Origin: the human T2T-CHM13v2.0 reference genome, Homo sapiens
Direction: 5' to 3' (one strand)
Length of the DNA: 64,000 nt
Assembly (NCBI RefSeq): GCF_009914755.1
Contig: NC_060929.1
Position numbers and translations under genes: made by a program
In this document: positions 14,072-28,494 of the stretch, piece after piece
How the letters are laid out: every line of letters starts with the position of its first letter
Position numbering within the stretch: position 1 is the first letter of the stretch
Notes under the pieces: generated by a model
Told to the model about the DNA's origin: nothing
Seen by the model: only the letters and a program-made list of their open reading frames with translations
Databases searched by the model: none

Positions 14072-15450
14072 CTTCTTTGTTATTTTTATATGTTTCAGTT
14101 ATGTAAATATATAACTGAAAGGGTAAATATATATAAATACATATTTACTGCACATTTATATTGATGTATATTTCTCTGCTTGTATCTATCTATATATATA
14201 CACACTATATAAATAAATGAGTCAAGATTTTTAAAACAAAATACCATAATTATTTTTCAGTATCATTTGAAATTTTTCAAAATTACTTTTTTAAATTTCT
14301 GCATATTCATTCAGTGAAGTTGAATGATCCAATGGGCACTCTGTATTCCTTCATAAACTGTGTGGTGAATGTGCGTGTGTGTATGTATGTATACGCACGT
14401 GTTTATGTGTTTTCTGGGGTTTATTTCCTTAAAATAAAAAGGCAACTGTCAAGACTAAAGCTATAATAATTTTTATGAATCTTAGAAAATGTTGAATTTT
14501 TAGTGATTCCGGAAATTGATCTCTATCGATGAAACTGCTTTCTCAAATATGTCAGCAATGGGATTCAGGCTTTGCTTACAATGTGAAGGAAGTTCTTAGC
14601 CTCATTTGCACAAAGAAGGAAGGAGGGCTACAGATAAAAAGAACTCATAGTCTTTTCCATATTTTTGGGTCATGTTCACTGTAAAAAAAATCACATGATG
14701 CCATTTTTACACAGCCTTTTTAATCTACACATACGGCAAGCTAATAATTCCACAAAAATAATTTCTTTCCTTTGTAGCCATTTAAAACTAACAGCTAGAA
14801 ATATTTCTTCTTCCAATTATTAAAAATAAGCTGTTTCTGAGTCGGTGCTGACTACATTTACTGATTGAAGCAGCCAACTCCAAATATATCATCTTTTAGT
14901 ATTGACACTTAAAATAAAATTTCTCCCCAGAAAAAGAGTTCTATAAATGATGGCTGTAGAAATAGGCACTGTCCAGGCAGTTGTTTTGTGGAAGTAGTGT
15001 TGTTATTTTCTGGTGTTTTCCAAGTCATCTCAGATGGTGCGTGAAAATGAGATGCCAAAGAAGGCTTAAAAAAGATACCCTGCTCCAGCTTCAGAATGTA
15101 AGCAAATCTTTCATTCCAGCGCTTAAAAGTTTTGAGAAAGCTAATCTAAAGTTAAATGTTTACTAGCATCTCTCTGATTATATTTTAGAAACTACTGCAC
15201 AAAAATAAAACAAATTTCTTATTTTCTCTGGGTTGAAAAGTGCACATAAAATGGAAAATGCTTTTTATACCACTATTTCCAGCAGGGATTTTATTTTCAT
15301 TTGTCATTTGCCAGCCTGGGGTATGTTGGGAGAAGGAACAATTGATTTTTGAAAAGGTGGATTTGTGTGAAAACCAAAAGTTGCGTTCAACAAATACTAC
15401 TACTAACCCACATGTGGATATATGTGTTTTTTACATGAGTAAAAAAAAAA

Positions 15451-15789
15451 AAATGGTATTTCTAGTTCTAGATCCCTGAGGAATCGCCACACTGACTTCC
15501 ACAATGGTTGAACTAGTTTACAGTCCCACCAACAGTGTAAAAGTGTTCCTATTTCTCCACATCCTCTCCAGCACCTGTTGTTTCCTGACTTTTTAATGAT
15601 TGCCATTCTAACTGGTGTGAGATGGTATCTCATAGTGGTTTTGATTTGCATTTCTCTGATGGCCAGTGATGATGAGCATTTTTTCATGTATTTTTTGGCT
15701 GCATAAATGTCTTCTTTTGAGAAGTGTCTGTTCATGTCCTTCGCCCACTTCATGTACCCTAAAACTTAAAGTATAATAAAAAAAAAAAA
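15451..15789 (+). mobile_element. Short 5'-inverted young L1 (L1PA2/3-like): antisense ORF2 C-terminal piece 15451-15750 plus sense terminal ~30 nt and poly(A) 15751-15789
   Basis: Minus-strand [18 protein letters not shown]...[42 protein letters not shown] is the L1 ORF2p Cys-rich domain, joined directly to catgtaccctaaaacttaaagtataataaa(A)n. Confidence 0.92.
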
Positions 15790-15827
15790 CATACATACAT
15801 ATATGTATGGCATATATATATATATAT
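15790..15827. repeat. (TACA)n/(TA)n microsatellite
   Basis: catacatacatatatgtatggcatatatatatatatatg. Confidence 0.7.
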
Positions 15828-17318
15828 GCTATAGAAATGCCATCAAGTTACCAGTTTACTTCTAAATGTAACTGCTTAATATAAAATATGCATCTTTTTG
15901 TAGTACCTAATTCTTGCAATTCAGTATATTTCCTGGCGAGAGGTAGAGATGAACAACCCTGGACAGTTACCACATATGGCTCTTATGGAGGTAATGAGGA
16001 TGGTTGTGATGAGAAGGGTAAAAAATAAAAAAGTTATTACAAAACATTTTTTAAGGAATTTTCCAAAAAATGATTTTAATATTCTCTTTGCTTATGGAAT
16101 GATATTTAAAACCATGATTTCTGTGTCCTTTAAAATGACTTCTGATTTGTGAATTGTTCTCTGTGCTCCAAACTTCTTTTATTTGTCCCTGTGTTTATGC
16201 TCATAACCATTCATTTCCCTCTTTTCCCACTGACTTAGCCTCTGGGGTTGTAATGAACTTACTCGTTTATTTTTGTGTATGTGTGGGGTTTTGTCTTTTG
16301 TTTTCTGAGAATAAAGTATATGAGATCTTGGAAAAAAATCAGAAAACGGGGAAAATCATAAATTCATTACCAAAATAATTTCTGATTTGGTATTATAGCT
16401 CTGCAAATTACTTCACTAATTGTGTTCATAGGTACTATGGTACACTGTACACTGTTTTGTAACTTGCTTTTTAGATGGATTATATCATATTTTTCTGTAT
16501 CAATAAATATGAATTTATTACATCAGTTTAAACTGATCAAAAACATTTTAATCAAAGTAATACAATTAAATTGCTAAATATCATAGGGAATCGAAGAGTT
16601 TATAATCCTAAACCATACTCTTTCTTTTCCTAGCCAGCTGGGGACATTTTTAATTGTTTCTATTTTCATTCTTTCTGTTTCAGTTCTTATAAAAATACAT
16701 ATATAAAATTGGCTAAATGATTAAATGTTATAGTAGTTCTTTAATTATAAATTCGAATAATATTTGTTGACTTCCAAACTGCATACCCCTTGCCTTGTCC
16801 AAGTAAAACTGTACCACTGTTTATTCTCTGTGTTGTCAATAAAACACTACGTGATATCTGAGTGTCTTTGTTTCTAAATTTCAGTTCACTCAGAATGTAT
16901 CCTTTTCTTCTTGCCTCCAATATTTTATTATGAAATTTTCAAATTCATAATAAAAGTATATAGTATTCATCTGTATACTTACCTCCTAGTCTATATATTT
17001 TTTACATACTGTTTATAATTGTTTTATTATTTTCTACCCATTTGTCTATCTGTTAACCCAGCTTAATTTTTGATGCATTTAAAAGTAGGTTGTAGATACA
17101 AATAACCATCACCCTAACACCCTTCAATACAATGTTTACAGTTGTTTTTTTGACATTGGAATGTATCTGTGGTTTCTCTATTTCATAGGATCATAGCATT
17201 AACACCTTTACGCTTCCCCTTACATCTCCTTCCGTTTCTTCTCCCCGTCCCCCACCAGCTTCCATCATCTGTATTATACAGAATCTGTCCTAAAAAATTC
17301 TGAAGTAGGCCTTAGGTA

Positions 17319-17603
17319 TTTTTTGTTTTTTAAAGGGTCTTGTTCTGTGGCCCAAGCTACAGTGCAGTGGCACAATCTCAGCTCACTGCAGCCCCTGCCT
17401 CCTGGGCTCAAGTGATCCTCCTGAATAGCAGGGATTACAGGCACAGACTACCATGCTTAGCTAATTTTTCTATTTTTTTATTTGTAGAGATGAGGTTTCA
17501 TCATACTACCCAGGCTGGTCTCAAACTTCTGGGCTCAAGCAATCTACCTGCCTATGCCTCTGAATGTGCTGGGATTACAGGTGTGAGACACCCTGTGTGG
17601 CCA
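17319..17603 (-). mobile_element. AluJ
   Basis: Reverse Alu with J motifs cctgggctcaagtgatcctcc and ctgggctcaagcaatc. Confidence 0.9.
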
Positions 17604-17625
17604 GGCCTCTTTTTAAAAATAAGCC

Positions 17626-18338
17626 TGATAGTTAATTTTATATGTCAACTTGACTGAGCCATAAATTGCCCAGAGATTTGGTCAAGCATTATCCTGGGTG
17701 TGCCTCTGTGGGTGTTTCTGAATGAGATTAGTATTTAAATCGGTAGGCTGAATAAAATAGATTGCCTTCCCTAATGTGGATGGGCCTCATTCAATAGCTG
17801 TGGGAATGAATAGATCAAAAAGCCAAACCCCTCCGTGAGTGACAGAGATCTCTTCCTGCCTGACTGCCTTCAAGCTGAGACACTGGAATTTTTTTTCTGC
17901 CTTTTGACTTCAATTAAAACATTGGCTTTTCCTGGGTCTTGAGCCTGCCCGTCTTTAGACTAGAACTAGAAGCTATCCTGGGTCTACAGTTTGCCAACTG
18001 CATACCTTTGGACTAGTCAGCCTTTATAATTGTGTGAGCCAATTCCTTATAACAAATCTTTATATATCGATATATAGAGATATATATTGATATATATATA
18101 CCTATATAGAGAGATATATCTATATAGATATCTATACCTATATAGAGAGATACATCTATATCCATATATAGAGATCCATATATATCCTCTATATATGGAT
18201 ACATCTATATATAGAGAGATCTCTCTAAATATCTCTATATCTATAATCTATATATCTATAACTATATCTACATCTACATCTATAGCTATATCAACATCTA
18301 ATTTGTTCTTTTTCTTTGAGAACACCTACTGATAAATA
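17626..18338 (+). mobile_element. MLT2B-like ERVL solo LTR with an expanded internal microsatellite
   Basis: tgatagttaattttatatgtcaacttgactgagcca...agattgccttccctaatgtggatgggcctcattcaat...gtgagccaattccttataacaaatct, with the terminus ...gagaacacctactgata. Confidence 0.85.
18060..18300. repeat. Complex (TA)/(TAGA)/(TCTA) microsatellite
   Basis: About 240 nt of degenerate tatata/gagata/tctata units inside the LTR. Confidence 0.85.
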
Positions 18339-18399
18339 AGCCTTCTAAGTTTTGTCTATCAGTTGATGCTAAAACATTAAAAAAAGGAGAACAACTAAT

Positions 18400-19760
18400 A
18401 CTCTTTTTACACTAATTAGAACAATGTAAACCTTTTTGTTTTATTACCAAATAATTTGTATTTCCTATGTAATTGCTGTAGTTTTATTTTGCATATGGAT
18501 TTTTTTTCCGTAACATCTTTGTCTGTTAGTGGTTTTATTTATGTATTTTTTTAATATCCTTAGATTCATCCCACTTCTGAGGTCTGACATCAAATCTTTT
18601 CACTACATGCCTCTCTTTGGGAGGCTTCTTTCTTGCTAATCCAAACAAGAACATCTGCACAATTGTCAACCTGGAATTTACTTTATTAATCTCCTGGTTT
18701 GGAAACACTTTTTCTTGGATGTTATATTTACTTTGGTTTACTATTTTGTTGTCTTGCACTAATTTTATATGATTTCTTAATAATGAGTGTATGTTAGACA
18801 TTTTACTTGAGTCTTTTCATATCACAGTATACCTTTATTTTACCCTCATATATAATTAATTTTCATGTGGGCATATATTTCCAGATTGGAAATCATTTCT
18901 CTTCATACATTTTAAGGAATTTATACATTTGCATCTGAAATTGTATTCATTATCTTCTAGAAACCAAGAGTGGACTTGGTATCCATCTGATTATATTTTC
19001 TTTGTTGGTAAAGAGCCTCTTTTTTCCCTTTTTATTTTCATCTTCTCTTTCTCCAGTGTTTATAGTCTTATTTTTATGAATGTAGTCTAATTATTTAGAA
19101 CACTGTCTCCGAGTATGTGTTTATTTGGGTTTGTGTTTTGAACATTGCCTCCAGGTGCGAGTTTATGTGTGTTTATGTTTCCTATTTGAGATTGGACACT
19201 TAGTAAATTTTCTCAATTCGAAAACTATTTTCCTTCAGCACTCAGAAATTTTTATCAATGATTATTTCCACGATTATTTCCTGTCCTTGGTTTTTTGTGT
19301 TCTTAACCTAGAATTCAATTGTTTAATGTTAGACCTTACACATCTTCAATGTATCATATATATTTCACTCATATTATTTATTGTCATATCTTTTGGACTA
19401 TTGTGTGAAAGCAATAAATTTATATTACTTTATTTATTGGTAATGCTCTTCATTTTCAAATTTAATACACACAAATTGTGCATACCTACACACATATACC
19501 GCAGATACATTCATTTTCAGGATTTCTTTAAGTGTTCTTTTAAAAATAATCATATTCTTATTTTGTGAACTGTGGGATTTCTTGAAACTTTTTGAAAACT
19601 CTAATTAGTCTGTGTTTGTGTGGTTTCTTTAAATTATCTCTTCCTTCAGGATTACTTTTGTGTTTGGAATTTGAGTCTTCGCCATTCATAAGGCGAGCTT
19701 TTCTTGAATACCTGATAACTCTGAGTTTCCTGTTCATATTTAAGAATAAATAACCTAATT
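18400..19760 (-). mobile_element. Very old L1M fragments
   Basis: Strongly T-rich + strand with degraded L1M-like text; the family cannot be resolved by eye. Confidence 0.4.
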
Positions 19761-22700
19761 TGAAGTTTTGAGTTTTTGAGTTGTATTTATTGATCAGAGT
19801 TTTGGCCTAGAATGAATAAAAGAATCAATCATTTCTTCTACTTTCAGATATTCGGTTGGGGGTGTTCTAAGCACAATGGTGTCCCAACACTGTCCTAATT
19901 CTTTGCAGGTTACCTACAGAATAACGTCTTTTAAAATTATTTCTTTATTGTTTACATTCTGGTCATTAATGCCTATATTTTATGCATTCTCAAGCATATG
20001 GGAGAAATTCTGTATATAGAATATTAGTTCATCTCTGTGTTTTTCCTGGCAAATTTTATGCCTTTTCTTTGGAATCACTGCCAAATCTGGGTCTCTTTCA
20101 GAGCTGTGCCTTCATTGCTGGAGCCCTCTCAGTGTAAACACTCGCATGTAGCTCCTTTGGGCTTGTTTAAACAGTCACCAATCTTTCACCTATGTGCAAT
20201 GTTACAGAAATTGGCCATCTTCTCTGATGACCTCTATGCCACTCCCTCCCATCAGAATTACGGGTTGTTATTTTTGTTCCTCTGTTATAAATTACTGATG
20301 CTTTCCGAAGAGGAGTTAAAGGTGTTTGGGAGGTACACCATTTCCCTGTACCAAAATCATATTAAGTAAAACTTGCAATCAACAGAAAAAATAGAAGTAA
20401 TTATATGATGAAAATCTATATTCTCAAAATCTAGATTAAACCATTCTCAACATTTTGTTGTATTTGCTTTACTTTCATATATGGATGATTTGCAAATAAT
20501 TTACAAACATCATACCAATTCACTACACAATATTTCAGCACCAGTTTTCTGAAAATAAGACCTTTTCCTGCATAACCACATTGTCACAGTTTCAGTTAAG
20601 AAAATTAATTAAAATGCCTGTTATCACTTAATAATGGGTCATATTCAATACCCCCACTTCTCTCTCCAAATATCTTTGTAGCATTTTCTTTCTTTGTTTT
20701 CTGAACACGAAGCCCCATAAGTTTCAAGCATTGCATTTGGATTAGTGTCTTTACTTTCCTTAATATAGATGGATCACATATTTAAATATTAACAATTTAT
20801 TTGTCATTATCTTTTGTCATGGAACTAGGTCCCCATTTTGAATTTTTCTGCTGGAATGAGAAACTTCCAGACATGTGGTCTAAATCTTTATTGTTCTATC
20901 TGTTTTACTATCGCTCTTCTTCAGTCTCAAAACATATATGGACAAAAGCAATCACATAAAGGTCTGTCCTACTTAATACGGACATCTTTATAAAAGCAGT
21001 TACAGAATCTTCTGATAGATCTATACACACATTCAGATGTAAGGGATATGTTTCTTGTACAGGATACTCTCAGTACATTTTGTTATAATAATCACATATA
21101 AGTGGTAAGACCCATTACCATTCTTGAAATCTATGATTATAAGTGATGTAGAATGGTTTAGTAGTTAGTGATTGAGATTTAAAGTAATATTGTCACTGAT
21201 TTGTTTACTTACACACAGGGTTTACTCATTTAAACCAGTCAATATGAGTATAAGAAAATTTTGCGTGAGTTTCTTTGTCTGAAATAATTTTATTATGTAC
21301 AACACAAACTACTTTTGCTAGATTCTTCCTGGTAAACTTATAAAACACTTAGTGTTTCCTTTTTTGAAGTTGCCTAGTTTCAAGCTAATACTTATTCTGA
21401 GCTCAAGAACATCATAGTGGCCATTATATTCACTACAAAGCCATTAGATTATACTTAAGGTATTTATAGATGAAAGAAGATCAGACCCAAAGATGATCTA
21501 TAACTCTGCCTGAGTAATGTTATGCAAATTGTTCTCTTTTCAAAGCCACCGAATGCCCAAGAATATTTAACATTCTATGCTAGTCTACTCTCCTGAGGTG
21601 ACTCATTTGTTCTCCCTAGTTTAATTGTTGCTATATGAGCAAGAGGGATACCACTTTACAAGGTTAGGAATTCCCTCTAACAGCCCAATGTGCTTTGAGA
21701 ACTCCCCTGCCTGAGTAACAGACCCAGAGCTATTTATCATCTGGAAATATTTCACCTTCTATTGAAGAGAGCAGAAATCCATCTCAAAAAGGCCCCCATG
21801 CATCCCCAGTGTATGCCAAAGAAGCTCACAGAAGAAAAAAGAATATTTGCAATGCTCAAGAGCAAAAAAGCTTATGTGCTAGGATATATTACACATCCTG
21901 TTATAGAAAAAAAATATGTTATTCCCCCAATGCTGTCTTTTATCTTTCTTACTTTGCTTGAATATTGCCTTCATGGCTACATATAAAAGCCATCCTATTT
22001 CCTCAGATTGTCATATTTTGCAACTTTAGCTCACTCCAATTATAATCTCTCATTTCAAAGTGTCACAATATGTGAATAAGAACTTCTATAAAAGTTGGAG
22101 AGGTCACTGGCTTGGACCCAGGATTTGGGAAGAAAAATATGAGAGAAGGTTAAAATAACTTCTTTCCTACTTTTCCAACATTGTAAAACATATTTCACAA
22201 GCTGGGTTTTAGGGAAAAAATTTCCAGACAATAAACCATTCATATCAAATTTTCAGTAATGGAATCTCTATTTTGAATAACAGTAAATTTGATGTATCAT
22301 TTCAAACAATGTAGTTATTTTTCAGAATACTATATAAATGTATACGATTTAGTCTAGATTTAAAAATAAATGCCAATAATCAGCTATTAATAACAATACA
22401 TTACTATAGTTACATATCATTTCTTAATTTATTGTTAGCATTTCATTATTTCCAATATTAGCTCTTATCGAATATTATATACTATGTTAAATGCCTTATA
22501 AGTTTTATTTAATTTTGACTAACCACTGATATGCTATCATGAAAAATCTAGTAATAAAATCTTTTTAACTGAGTTCAAATAGTCCCAAGTGCAAAATATA
22601 ATTTTAAAAACTATATGTCCTACACTAATTTATTTGCATATGCACTTAATAATCCCAATAAAGCAGCTGAACCCAAATCTGAACTCGAATGTAAAACTCC

Positions 22701-23828
22701 ATCTAACCTAATTTCTTTCTGTTAGTCTTTATTATCATAGTCACTTCTATTTATGTTTTATTTTCTCCTTTATTTTTTTATTTTAAATACCCTTTTGTTT
22801 AATGGTATAAAATGTCTGGCTACATAAAATCAAATCAATTACGATAAGATAAATATAAGTACGATTTCAAAAAGAAAAGCTAAATCTAGCTAAAAATTCT
22901 AATTTTTAATACATGCAAAGTATACATGATGTATTAGTAAAATGTAATACATTGGGAGTAAAACTTTAAAAATATTTGATATATTCACATTTCTTATTTG
23001 CAGTATAGACAAAATGACCTATGAATCAAGCATTTTGTTCCACAGTCTCTATTGTTAGCTGTATGTCTCAGAAACAGCTTCTTTCTCAAGAGAGAACAAG
23101 AGGGATAATGCTGGATCTAAAGGCATCATCTGAAAAAGACAAAGATATCAACAATTGCAACTATTTGGCTTTCTGTCCATCACTGAGACTTTTCATAATC
23201 TTTCCTTCATAAATAGGATCTCTTGATCAGAACAGAAAAGTTGAGTCTTAAATTTCCTGTATTTATTTCTGACTGATACTGAGGGAAGTGCAAATTTGGT
23301 TGCTATGATTAAACTCCTTGATTGTTCTTAATGGGACTATTTTAATAAGTCAAACATTTTTGCCATCTAAGTATATTGATGAGCGCCACGTTATCTCAAA
23401 TGTTTACACATACTAGGGAAAAGCATCTGCAGTTTCTGAACTCTTTGTGAATCAGTATCACTTTTTCATGTTACTTCAGAGATCAATATTCAGTGCATTG
23501 GTTTTATTTACCATCTTTTCTCCCAGTTGATCTTGTAATCATCAGAAAGGGAAAAAAAATCTCCTTCACAAAGCCCTTTGCGACAAACTTACGTAAATAA
23601 TAATCTAAGGACAGCTAGAAAAAAAATACACCATACAGGGGAATAGATCCAAAATTGATATCTGCCTCACCTGTATCACCTATTGTATTAGTAACTGCAA
23701 AGGTAAATAAATAGCAGAGACTAGAATGTTTCCAAACGTAGTAGTGAAAACTACTCCCCTCCTCCCCCCATATAACACTACAACAGGTTACTTTGGTTAC
23801 AGGATATGACAATAGCTCTGCAATATCA

Positions 23829-24219
<391 letters not shown>

Positions 24220-25237
24220 CTAGGATATCCATGGACATTCCCAGAAACATCAAGGTTTGCTAAAAACAGAAAATTGGAAGTAGAACAAAAAAAGCGGTGG
24301 GAAAAGCACGTAAGACATTGAGGCAAGCCATGAGGAGTTTGTCAGTCTAAAGGTTGAATAGAGGACCTTTAAGAAGAGGGAGACAAACATTAAATTTTCA
24401 ACTTTCTGTAGTTTGATATAATACTTTCCACGTTCTAGGGTTTCATTAAAACTTCACAAGCTTTTGGATTTTTTAACAAATATTAGGGCTGTGCTTCATG
24501 CTTGGGTTAATATGGGGTGAATAGAAGGAACAGCTGGGGAAGAAGAGATAAGAGACAGATTCTCTAGTAGAAATTAGGAGAAACGTAAGAATCCTATACA
24601 TCTGCGTATATTTGAGGAGTCTTTAGAGTTCACTAAAGTTCATGGATTGGACGTTATAGCCATTTTAATGTATTTTCATTGTGACAGGATTGACTTTAGA
24701 AGGCTTAAGAATTTTGATGAAGAAAAAAGGGGAAAAAGAAGGCATAATAGAGAGAAAGGAAGGAAAAAAGAAAAGACAAAAGTGTAGTCACAAGATTGTC
24801 AACAATAAGAATTGTATAAGAATACATATTCTTCAAGAAATGAAAATAATTAGAACACACATTATGCCTAAATACGTTTTAAGAAATCAAATAAACATGT
24901 AGTTTCTAATGGAAGTGCTTCAATGTATTAGTAAATTCTTCCCACAAAGCAGTTTATCTATTTATTGTGAAAGCGATTGAGTTTTGCAGTACCAAGGGAT
25001 CTTTTGCTTTTAAACCAGTTAATTAGTTTTTATTAGATGCAATGCAATGTTTTGACCAGACTTTTCTCTGTACTTTCGGGTGTGTTTCCCTATTAGCAGG
25101 TAAAACATTTATCTCTTGACTAAAAGTAGATGACATCTTTCCCCAACCATGAGTCCTCAGGTTGTTACAGAGGCTGCCTTCCTGACTCACTCTGTACCCC
25201 CCATTGCCTCTCCCTGAGTTTAAAAAGGAAATGATTA

Positions 25238-25353
25238 ATTAGTCAAAAGAATATGTTAAAAATGTAACATATTATGTTTAACATAAGTAACTAATGATTA
25301 GTCAAAAAGAATATGCTAAAACTTTAACACATTATGTTTAACATAAGTAACTA
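25238..25353. repeat. Two-copy 60-bp tandem duplication
   Basis: ttagtcaaaagaatatgttaaaaatgtaacatattatgtttaacataagtaacta versus ttagtcaaaaagaatatgctaaaactttaacacattatgtttaacataagtaacta. Confidence 0.9.
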
Positions 25354-25984
25354 TATTAAAATTTAGAATATATTTATGATTTCCAAATCAATGGTTTGTT
25401 TTTGCAAAACCTGCACCAGAATGAAATGACCCTACAAAGTGGAGATAATATAAAATCCTTTTTTTCCACTGAAATTTGTTTTAGATACTACTAATTCTAT
25501 CAGTGGCTTTCTCTTACCCTTAAATGGATGTTAACTTAGTTGAGAGATGTGTTCAATTCACAATATTTGATAATGGAGCAATATGATACATTTATATCAA
25601 ATCCCTTTGTGCAATCTTATTCTTTCTCTGGCTGATGTACACTTTTCCACCACCTCCTATTTAATTTGTATCCTTCTTTCTGTCATTTGCTGTGGATTTC
25701 TATCAGAGTTGGTCTAACTTTAGAGGTCGAAGTTTTCTTTTCACAGGGATATGAAATTAGACACAATCACACCATATTTAGTGATTTCTGTGTTTTCACC
25801 AGATCAAACACAGATCACATGGTCCATGCTCAGTAATGGTTTAATGAACTAATGAATTTATAAAGGAATGAATGCATGCACATATAGCAAGCCCATCTTT
25901 AAATTTTGTTGTTGTTGTCGTTTGAATTTTTGTTTGGCATATAGGGTGTATACAACATAAAAAGAGTTAAAATCCATGATCCTG

Positions 25985-26510
25985 AGTATCAGATATTTGT
26001 GGGTTAGAATCCGAAACCCATCACTTATTACATTTGCGTTATTGTGTAAATTACTGAATTTCTTCATACCTCAGAGTCTTCATATGTAAAATGTAGACTA
26101 TAATATTTATATCATAAATTTGGAGAATACTGTAGAGAATTTGGCTTCACAGTTTGTTTTCCTTCATTTCTCTCCCTTCATATCCAAATAAGCCCAGTAT
26201 AGCAATATTCCTTTCTATTTATATTAACTTATATAAATGTGCATGAGAAAACTGACTGGATTCAATAAGATTGTAGAAAAAGCTATCAAGCTTCTATATT
26301 TTGCCAGGCAACTTTCTAATGGCTTTATGTGTCTAAACCCACTTTAATACTCAGAAAAACACTATGATTACAATCCTTCTATTAGCATTCTCATGTTGTA
26401 GATACAGAAATTGAGGGACAGGCAGGCTAACTTGGCTCAAGACACACAAGTAAAAATATTCAGAGCAGAGATTAAACCAGGTCATCTAACCCCATGTGTC
26501 TTTGGGACTA
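25985..26510. mobile_element. Two MIR fragments in opposite orientation (about 25985-26140 +, about 26300-26510 -)
   Basis: cctcagagtcttcatatgtaaaatg and ttgtagatacagaaattgagggacag are MIR cores. Confidence 0.6.
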
Positions 26511-27116
26511 GCATTTAAACTGAATCATCTCACTTTTAATTTGATAATACAATGCCATTAACAGAAAAAAAAAAAAACTTTTGAAATATCTTGAGAGAAA
26601 AAAACCAAAAAAGCTGAATCTATGTTCAGAGAATTGAATTAGCAATAGATATAAACTACCCAAGTTTTCGTTTTGTGACATCAATTTGAGCAAAGCCAGA
26701 TTTGTATTACCCTGAATGCATTAATAACAATAGTATCATTGAAAAATACTTTCGACTGCCCATTAGTAATTGTACTAGGTACTAGAAAACACAATTTAGT
26801 AATCGCTCCCAGGGAGTCAGTTTTTTGAATAAAATATTTCTCTATGGTTGTGCACATTGTGCCATAATTTGCTTTGAAAGACATAAAATCCATCATATTA
26901 AAAAGGTAATAGAGTAACTCCATTTAATAACAGAAATGGTTATTAAAATATCTACATTCTTTCTCACAATGAACTAATAACTACACAGATTTGTGCATGT
27001 GTATGAAGATGTTTATATGTGTTTTATGTGAGAGAAAAAAATGAAAAAATGGTATTTTCTTTTGCTCAGACAAGCACAATTTTTGCAAAATAAATACAAA
27101 ATAAATACAAGGCCAA

Positions 27117-27260
27117 ATATATATATACATTTATATATATATGTTTGTTATATATATAGGTTATATATAATTGTTATATATATAACAATTATATATAACT
27201 ATATATAACAATTATATATATAATTTGTTAAATATATAACATTTATATATATGTATATAA
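27117..27260. repeat. TA-rich repeat containing a perfect 40-bp palindrome (27160-27199)
   Basis: gttatatataattgttatatatataacaattatatataac is its own reverse complement. Confidence 0.9.
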
Positions 27261-28494
27261 ATCTCAATGCTCTTAACAATGCTCATAAGAACACAATCTG
27301 AAATTACAGTGCCTGCTTATTTTCAAGGGTGGTTTGAAGGTGACCTATTTTTTGTAGCATCCATTACTGTGGGGATTGCTTAGTGTGTTAAAGCATGAAG
27401 CTGCCTTACCGAAGTCTTTTATTTCCTTTCCTCATTCTATAGTAACTACTTCAAATGGATTTGAATGTGTAATATCACAAATGCAGAAAAAATAAATACA
27501 AGAACTTAGCTTGTTTTCTTTGCATTATGAGTCAAGTTTTTTTGTCAAATTTACTGCTAAGAATTAATATCTCATGGTCTTATATCCTGTAATAGTATCA
27601 TAAATATTATCTTATTTGCATAATAATTTATACATAATATTTATTTTCTGCCCCATAGTGTGAAAATGAGTAATCTTAATCCCAAAGATAAATATTAACT
27701 ATCCTGTGTAAGAAATGCAGTAAGTTACATCTTGTTTCTAAATACAGGTTAGTGAGAGATCATTTTTTTAAAGCTCTCATTATAAACACATTAAGAAAGG
27801 AATCATTCTCAGAGTTTACTTATTTCCCAATAGGTTAATAGGATTCCCAAGAAACTGCCAAAGAGATAATAGTTCCATTTTGACTTTAACTTAAAAGAAA
27901 AAAATAAAATAAGAAGGCAAAAATGCAAAAACGAAAAAAATAGATGTCACAGATGCTATAACTTGAACTTTGACTGCTTTTAGCAAGTATATACTATTGA
28001 ATGCCTGACTGAAATAAATTGATTTCAGGCTGTTGCATTTTTAAAGGTCAGAAAGTTTTTTGTTTTGTTTTTTAAATGAGTTTCAGGATTATGAAAGCAG
28101 GTGCTTAAGTAGAGATTGATTGAGGCCTTAAATGTTGAATATTTCTTTTAAAGTTTGGTTGCTTTTCAGAAGCTACTAATTTATTATTATTATTATTAAG
28201 GTTCTCCTAATGATTCTTGGAGTCCATGGAATTATGTGTGTGCATACGTGTTCGTAGAACATTTTCTTAAAACTGACACATGAATGTTATTGACCATAGA
28301 GGTGCATTATTTCCGAGATTAAAAAAAAATTAGTTTTCTTACTGATCATCCACTGTTTTTTACAATTTTTCCTTCTCCATGTATCGTTGGTTGCTTATTA
28401 AGGTAAGTTACAGACAGAACTTATAAACGGAATTTCCAAGACTAACCAGGGTCCAAACATACTTCAGTGTATTATTTTACATCATAAAACTTGA

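Noticed and set aside
19125-19568. 147-aa hydrophobic ORF suggesting a membrane protein
   Set aside because: A by-product of T-rich degraded L1M or low-complexity sequence, with a TTG start, no domain and no splice support.
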